In this document: positions 55,740 to 64,000 of the stretch, piece by piece
Position numbering within the stretch: the first letter of the stretch is position 1
Layout: each line of letters starts with the position of its first letter
NCBI GenBank assembly: GCA_951406725.2
Contig: OX597818.1
Location: forward strand, 103,788,001 to 103,852,000
Direction: 5' to 3'
Source: Octopus vulgaris
Taxonomy: Eukaryota
Length of the DNA stretch: 64,000 bases
The notes under the pieces: generated by a model
Databases searched by the model: none
What the model was told of the DNA's origin: nothing
What the model saw: only the letters and a program-made list of their open reading frames with translations
Position numbers and translations under genes: made by a program

Positions 55740-56131
55740 GACGTTATATCATAGAAGGTTTTTTTTAAACAATATTAATAGCGTTCTGTCAATCGCTATA
55801 CAAATCCATCATTTTTTGCTAAACTGTCTTATTGACGAGTGTCGTTTTTTTCACTTTCCTGAGGAGAAGATTGCATTGTTTATACCATTTATTCTTTTGA
55901 ATAGTATCAGTGGAATTTTCGAAACATGTGTCGAAAGTAAACATATTTGATTACACCTGCGTTAAACTCCATTTATTTATTCATATATTATTCAAAATAT
56001 TCAACGTATACACGAAGTTTCTACCTTTATAAACAAGGAGTTACAACACCTTTACTTGTGATATTTTTGCTGTCCTGGTAACTATTTATTTTTTTTTTCG
56101 TGTTAATTGTTAACAAAGTAAAAATACACTC

Positions 56132-56135
<4 letters not shown>
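55740..56135 (+). mobile_element. Family G element, second copy
   Basis: Collinear with 33400-33750 (GCGTTAAACTCCATTTATTTATT, TTTTTGCTGTCCTGGTAACT, CGTGTTAATTGT). Confidence 0.75.
55853..55938 (+). ncRNA. Type I hammerhead ribozyme motif, best preserved
   Basis: ACTTTC-CTGAGGA-GAAGATTGCATTG...CAGTGGAATTTTC-GAAA-CATGT-GTC-GAAAGT; 6-bp stem I, 12/13-bp stem II, GUC at 55930-55932. Confidence 0.82.
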
Positions 56136-56191
<56 letters not shown>

Positions 56192-56282
56192 GAGAGAATT
56201 AGCAGACAAAACATGTGAGTGTATTTCTTGTTATAATTAAAGGTAGTTATACGAGATAAGTTATTAGAAAATAATGCGTAAA

Positions 56283-56379
56283 TTATCTTACAGCTGTTTC
56301 TAGAATAGCTTAGCATGTGGAGCATATGCTATTGAACAACGATTTGCATGCAAGCCATTTATTTCGTCATCGGAGAGAA
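56283..56379 (-). ncRNA. Hammerhead-like motif with CCGATGA core and long stem II
   Basis: Minus strand TCT-CCGATGA-C...ATGGCTTGCATG...CATGCTAAGCTAT...A-GAAA-CAGCT-GTA-AGA. Confidence 0.5.
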
Positions 56380-56524
56380 AGAATTAAGGATATCCCTTAG
56401 CTCTTGCTTCACCATAAGCTGGCTTGTCTACATCGTTAAGGTACTCACTCAGCTCACTCAGCAACCACGTGGTTTCGTCTTCGGCCTCAGGCGATATAAT
56501 ATGCACGTGAAACACAAGCGGGAT

Positions 56525-56943
56525 TAATAATCCTTTCTACTATAGGCACATGACCTGAAAATTGGGGGAAGGGTATAGTCGATTACATCGACCGAAGTAC
56601 TCAACTGGTATTTATTTTATCGACCCCAAACGGATGAACAGCAAAGTCGACATCAGCGGAATTTGAACTCAGAACGTGAAGACGGACGAAGTTCGCTGAG
56701 TATTCCGTCCGGTGTGCTAACAATTCTTATTTCTTTATTGCCCAGAAGGGGCTAAAAATAGAAGGGACAAACAAGGACAGACAAAGGGATTAAGTCGATT
56801 ACATCGACCCCAGTATTTAATTTATCGATCCTGAAAGGATGAACAACAAAGTCGACTTCGGCGGAATTTGAACTGAGAACGTGAAGACGGATGAAGTGCG
56901 CTATGCATTTTGCCCGGTGTGCTAACGATTCTACCAGCTCGCT
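56525..56943 (-). mobile_element. SINE family B dimer carrying both tail types
   Basis: Consensus blocks; flanked by the direct repeat ACAAGCG(G/A)GATTAATAAT (probable TSD). Confidence 0.88.
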
Positions 56944-58563
56944 GGGCCCTACAAGCGAGATTAATAATTCTTCAATATGCAGAGGTACTAACAACAAGAT
57001 ATTGCAGGACACTGGAATTTGCATAAAATTATACCAGTTATAGAGCCAAGTAAATCCCATGTGACGTAAGATCAAACAGATCCGTTACACTCCAATACTT
57101 AAAAGGCTAAGCGACATATATTTGCTGTAGACATCCACTTCTAAACCGTGATATGTATTCAAACACTACAAATTCCAAAACCAAAGCATGAAGTCATGCT
57201 TTGTTCAATAAAAATCATTCCGAAATAAACATCATTCTCCATCTGCATCAATAAACCTTCCGAATACATGCCTACAAAATCTACTCACATAAAAATATTT
57301 TTGAAATGTATAGAAAACTATATTAAGAAACAGAACTCTAACATGCAAGTTATTTACTACTTCACCAAGCATGTGTGATATAGAAAACGGTCGCATTCAT
57401 GACTTGCCATTTTTCCGAAAAGCAAAAGAACTGACATTTAGCCCACTCTTTTCAAAAATTTCCTACGGGAAGTTATTGTAGCGCAAAGCATATAGACAGG
57501 TTCATATACAAATGCCATCACACTTACGATTTCTCTTCATTTTACAAATTTTGTTACAGAACTGTTTACCCCCACGTCCCTGAAATTCCCTATAAATTTG
57601 AAACTGTAATTAGACATTATCCCTGTTATCAACATCAGAGAACATCAAATACAGGCTGCGACATAAGCAAACCTCCTATGGTGCTCTCGTTCTCGCTCAG
57701 GAGTAATCACATACTGACGAATTTCCTAGGAGTCATCAACTACATACAATGAGGAATCGAGCCCATCGTTTTAGAACAAAACAGGCAATATCAATAGTTC
57801 AGAAAATAATACAATGCAACAGTGATGAAGTACATTCAATCTCTGCTCCATTTCAAACTGCAATTAATTAAAACAACAGGCCGCACAGGCATGGCGCATG
57901 GTAACAAGCGTACTTTAATATAACGAAACCCAAATTTTAGCGATGTAAATCGCCCGATAACATCGTTCCCATCGCTCTGACATAGACATATAGGGCAACC
58001 ATCATACCTCGTAAGGCGACAGATATAAACTAACGTAAGCAACAGAAACAGCTTCATCGTCAGCAGCTTCACTATCCTCAAACACCATGCTAAGCTGCCG
58101 AATGCTGGGTGTAAGAAAGAGTTACTGTCGCTTCCTATCTTTCTGCTATTGTTGCCGACACCAGGCGTTAAATATGAGACACATAGTGACACATGGACTA
58201 ATCAGGAGCCACATACACATTTTAGAGAACTAGAAAGAATGGAGGTGTACATCGCATCCAGGCTGCCATACAGCCATTGCTGTTGGAGCATGCAGTATGA
58301 TTCTCGATAAGAGCAGGCAAAGTATACGCTGGAACAGAGCACTGTTGGCTGGACCTCTTTGTTCATCGGATAGCGTGTTTACTACGAGGTCCTTCGATCA
58401 GAGTTGTCATGTGGTTACGCAATACCAACAACAAAACTCTTTGTCTATTGAACATTTACTGATTTTACCAACTTTAATTGTATCTGTAATTCTATTGTAA
58501 TCCGCAAATAAACAAGACCTTGCAATAGGTACAAATAATTACCAATCATGTAAATATATATAA

Positions 58564-58610
<47 letters not shown>

Positions 58611-59574
58611 ATGCGTTACCATCTTAAATAAAAGCGTTTTTCAAAATTATTTTAGGTGTCACAACGGATATTATTAAAAGAGTATTTCTAAACTGAAACG
58701 GTTATTATTTGTTAAAACTAATATGGGTAGATAATTGTTTAGGTGTTGAACCCCAGGTGGCTCCTTGTCGATCACAATCACCATCAAGAGATTCCAGCTG
58801 CAACAACATTTTTTTCCCATCTCGATTGTATATCAAAGTGTGGTTCTTTACTTTTTGATATATTTTCATGGCGTCTGCAGTCGATATTGCTGCTATTTAT
58901 ATCAGGTGAAATGTCAAGATATAACATACAGATTCTTTGGGGGTAAAAGTGCTTTTGCTTTGCTAAAAATCATGTTATTTGTGTTTGGTGTATGTATGCG
59001 TAGATATAGCTCATATGAGATTTACTTTTGGCTTGAATAAATATTTCTTTTTTTTTTCGTTTTTTGATAACATTTCTGTTTTCGTATGAACATGCGTGTG
59101 TGTTTATATTTGATGTCCAGGTTCATATTGATGTTTGATATATTGTTTGTGTGATAGCTTCGTTGTGCTTGTGGATGTTCATATTATGTGCATAATAGCT
59201 TTTGTTTTGTCTTTGTATTTGTACTATTTGGAAGCTGGGTTGTTATTGATGGTATATGTAACCCATGATCTCTTTGTATTAGTTGTCTTTGTGCCAATGG
59301 ATGTGTTCGCATTTCGGTGTATTGTAAGGGTTATGCCTGTGTGTATAAGCTTTAGTGTTTCTTTTTATACTGTTTCAAATTCGGACCATTTCTCTTATTT
59401 TCTAATGAAGCAACATCTTCGAATCAGCTCTCTATAAAAGCCGTATCATCTTCAGTATATACTCAAATCTCCTATCACAAAGGTCTGGTGTAAACAGCGT
59501 TTAAATTTCCCACACAAACACACACACACATACACACACACACCACGCAAACACGATTACTGAAATCTACTAGT

Positions 59575-59742
59575 CTCTCTCTCTCTCTCCCTCTCTTTCT
59601 CTCTCTGTTTATTTTCTCTTATTCCTTCCTGTTGAAGAGCGTATGATCGAAACGTAAAAGATTTTATCATTTATCTCGAGCGTCAAACTAGTACACACCT
59701 CCATACACCTGTCTTCGTCTTTTGTTTTTCTATAAACGTCAG

Positions 59743-59745
<3 letters not shown>
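59575..59745 (+). mobile_element. Family D element, diverged (hammerhead-like motif 59625-59660)
   Basis: CTGTTGAAGAGCGTATGATCGAAACGTAAAAG...CACCTGTCTTCGTCTTTTGTTTT. Confidence 0.75.
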
Positions 59746-59812
<67 letters not shown>

Positions 59813-59814
<2 letters not shown>

Positions 59815-60008
59815 GAGTAAGGACATAAATGCGAAAGAAGGTGGAAAAAAGTACTCGAATACCAGATGTAAAAACGGTTACTCAGAGTTTCCCAATCCCA
59901 TTCTTCGGAAAGTTTTGTTTATATTCTAAACAAAATTGTCCGACGAACGGGAACGTGAAACTCTGAGTAACAGTTTTTATGATATTTCTGCTGCTTTTCA
60001 ATAAAGTA
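59813..60008. mobile_element. Family I short palindromic element with two back-to-back hammerhead motifs
   Basis: 59870-59977 is an imperfect palindrome; flanked by TA tracts. Confidence 0.7.
59932..59977 (+). ncRNA. Minimal type I hammerhead, U4C core variant
   Basis: AAAATTGT-CCGACGA-ACG(GGAA)CGT-GAAA-CTCTGA-GTA-ACAGTTTT; GUA at 59967-59969. Confidence 0.7.
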
Positions 60009-60024
60009 TATATTTATGAATATA

Positions 60025-60060
<36 letters not shown>

Positions 60061-61554
60061 TGTATGTATGTATGTATAAACGAATGGAATTGCCTTACTA
60101 ATTAGTATTCCTCCTACCCACCCACCCGATGTGCCCTGCAGTAGTATTGAAGTTGAGAGCCATAGTTCAGATGCCAACTCCTCAACAACGTGACCATATT
60201 TACTTTTCAAGCTATGTCACCTTTCCTCTGTAAGCATCGAACTTAAAGTGCATCTCACTTCGTTGTATAATATTAGCCAAGACTAGCTCGTTAACACAAA
60301 TTATTCTCTTGAGACAAATCAGTGCATTTAAAATAGCAGAAATTCTAGAATAAGCTATGGCAGGTGTTCTCTTCTAATAGAGGTCAATATTAAATCGATG
60401 GAGGCATGGTGCGAATCGAAGCAGCCTTAGGTTTTATTTTTTATTTCACATTCATATTTATAAGATGTACTACCGGAATATGTAAACTATATTTCTCACC
60501 TCAATATACATATACTTATTTGATTTAGGAAATAATATTTAATGCGCTTCGATAATTTTGTAATATATTGTTCGATGGTGCTGTTAAGAAAATTTCGATG
60601 TTGGTTTATAATATTGGTTCAGCCGCACTAAAGCTAATTACTTTGAAATAATTGCGTTTGTAGATTATTGACAAACACCAGTTATCAATATTTGTGAAAC
60701 AATGGAAAAATGGTACAAATAACGAAACAGTAGGAATTTGATTTCGTTTTAGCATACATAAATGAAATTCATTCCTGTAAAACATTAAATCACATAACAA
60801 TGCTTCATCTATCAATGTCGACAAAGTGATGTGACCACGGTGCTTTGTTTGCAATGCATCTGTGCACATGTCACACATTTCTTGAGATTACAGGCAGAGA
60901 AGAAATATCATAGCACTCAGTGGGAATTTAAATCTGTAGACAGGATTCAAAAATGAGATGCAAAGAGCAGGAAGAAATTATACAGGAATGCACACGCTCC
61001 GTAACTATCGCATGCGATTTGTACCCTACTGAAATATCGGACATATAGCTTATTCTTTTTATTATCTTCAAATAATGAAAATAAATTTCACATTTGTGAG
61101 ATTTGAAATCACAGTGATTAGTTTTGGAATTGTAACATTAAGTAGTACGTCTGAGAATTAACACATTTAGCATTTCGCCTCCCAGAGGTGTATAGGAAAG
61201 CGTAATTAAATGTGTTCATTCGCTCTTTGTAAACGCACTTGATATCAATTTCAGAACGATGACATTCTAATGATTTCCCAAATAAATAAATTCAGATGTG
61301 AAATGGTGATATATCCCTCAAAGTATCTGTCAACCTTATCTTTAAAGATGATGACAGATGAAAGTAATTTTCTGTCAGCAATAATTTCATTTATCGGAGT
61401 AAGATTTCATTCGACGATAGCTAGATCGGCAACCAGACGCACACAGATGACTAATTATACACACATTAGTTTGTGTATCCAAGATTCCCCGCTAGTGTGT
61501 ATATATATATGTACTGATGTATGCATCAACATATAAATATATGTATGTATATGC

Positions 61555-61615
<61 letters not shown>

Positions 61616-62412
61616 TACACACACATACACATAAATATAGATAGGTAGAGGGATAAGCAGATAGATAGATCTATATATATATATATACATATAGAAAGAG
61701 AGAAAGAGATAACGACAATAGACGAGCGGACATATTTGTATGAGTCTGAGGGGGGGCAGGTGTGTGTTGATATGAGACCGTGCGAGTCTGATTGTGCATG
61801 CGTGTATGTGTATGAATGTATTTATCTATCTCATTATCTGTAACTTTCAACCATTCTGTATCTTTCTATCTATCTATCCGTCTACCTGTCTATCTATCTA
61901 ACTATCTGTCTCTCTATATACACAATCGTATGTGATGCATAATAACGGAAGGAAACATGTCAACAATTATTATATTGATGATGGCTAATAGAAATATAAA
62001 ACTAGATACTAAGTTATACCATAGCTAACGTTGTTGCTATGTTAATGTATTTATAATTACATTTTCAGTGTGTTACCCACACAGACATTGTCATTAGTTC
62101 GGGTGTCAATGACGAGTCCATATTCATCATTCGGATATAGCTGTAATAAATACTGTCTGCCCGTCAAACGCCTTAATATGAACATTTCCTTTGTAACGGA
62201 AACCGTGTTTTTACTAAGCACCAATGAACCATGAGAATCAAAATAAAAGATGGAGAGAATAAATTTACTTTACATACACGTCCCTTGTCATAAAGTGACT
62301 TTCACTCACGTAATACAATTATCTTATATATATATAATATACATAATTACATATATATATGTATATACATACATACATATGAATATATCCATATCTATGT
62401 ATGCATGTATGC

Positions 62413-62446
<34 letters not shown>

Positions 62447-62481
62447 ACGCATAATATATATGATTATGGATGTGTGCGTAT

Positions 62482-62542
<61 letters not shown>

Positions 62543-62907
62543 TCCCTAAATGTCTATATACAGACGAAATCTCATAGTCATACATTTACACATAAACATG
62601 TGTGTGCATATGTCTGTGTGTGTGCATGTGTGTGTGTAAATCTCTTTCTGTGTATGTGTATATGTGTGTGTGTGTGGTCATGTATGTGAATTATAAGTGC
62701 CCATATTGATTATGTTTGTAATATTCTTATTGTTGTGTATTATTATATTACAGTATTTATGTTGTTTCTATTTCCTTCCATTGATCAAGCAAACATTACT
62801 TCGTGTATAATATATGTGCAATATAATATATACAATATATATATATATATATATGTACACACACACGCGCGTGCTCAGCCGTACGCATCCACACACACAG
62901 ATACATG

Positions 62908-62944
<37 letters not shown>

Positions 62945-63141
62945 TCGTAGATATATGGAAAGCATCATCATGATAAGTTTATGAATAGATAATCCACAAG
63001 GAAATCATATAGTAAATGTTTAATAAACATATATTGAGTCTCAAGTGTTTCCAAATGAAAATAGAAACCATAAATAAAAAATGCATGACTCCCGGCTGCA
63101 TTTACTGAATTTTTCATTTGTATGAGTCTGTGTTTGTGCCC

Positions 63142-63239
<98 letters not shown>

Positions 63240-63257
63240 ACATAAATAAATAAATAA

Positions 63258-63297
<40 letters not shown>

Positions 63298-64000
63298 ACA
63301 TAAATAAATAAATAAATATATATACATACATAAATATATATATATATATGCACATGTTGTCATTATACATCTTTATATATGCGGACAAATATCTGGTGCT
63401 ACAAAATTATTAGTGTATTATTTTTATTTCAATTCACAGAATGTTTATTGTTTATTTGGCAAAATACAACGGTTTTCTTTCTGCCATTGTCAACGATGTG
63501 ATTGTAAATTTCACTAGTAATTGAAAGGACTACACATTATCCCGCATAGACGCCCCTGTGCCCCTTGATGTGTTTGCTTTGGATGCCTACAGAATCTAAG
63601 GCGGTTGACGTTGCCAAGCAACACCAAATGTCTCAGAACCTCCCGAAATAATTGTGCATATCAGATGAAAGAGTTATTCACAGGACTTTTAAGAAACATT
63701 TCTTTTCTATGCGTAATCGTGATATAAGTTAGCGGTGGCGATATGTTGATATTGAAAAGTTTTTTTCTTTTATTGAACTAATTTAAGTTTTTTTTTATAG
63801 CGACCATCGCATACACATAAATGCAATTCGTTATTGTCCGCTCGCTTCAGAAATTGATATTTGCTTATAGTTAATTTAGCCTAAACTCTGGATTCACAAG
63901 AAACATGGTCACAAGTTACCCAAGAAAGGATGCGCAAATATAGAGCACAGATCAGAGAGGAACAGCGAGAATATATAATAAAAATAGGAACAAGGCAATA

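Overview
This is AT-rich, microsatellite-dense eukaryotic non-coding DNA. Its repeat content suggests an octopus/cephalopod genome (inference). I found no intact host protein-coding gene; almost all listed ORFs are translations of (TA)n/(TG)n/(GA)n tracts or SINEs. The window holds three tRNA-derived SINE families (labelled A, B, C here), two 5'-truncated CR1/L2-group LINE RT fragments (48.3-50.7 kb), an R4/Dong-type restriction-like-endonuclease relic (37.6-38.1 kb), two non-autonomous Helitrons in inverted orientation, two MITEs and a 100-N gap. The main signal is more than ten minimal type-I hammerhead-ribozyme motifs, read by eye, from several distinct short families. They are often palindromic, non-coding and abut (TA)n tracts, resembling Penelope-like-element pseudo-LTRs or retrozymes. 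Some show stem-I covariation between copies, and some carry family-fixed core variants (U4C, A6U). Other points of note are a SINE-LINE shared 3' stem-loop, SINE-B multimers with recurrent precise junctions, and a locally templated inverted insertion.
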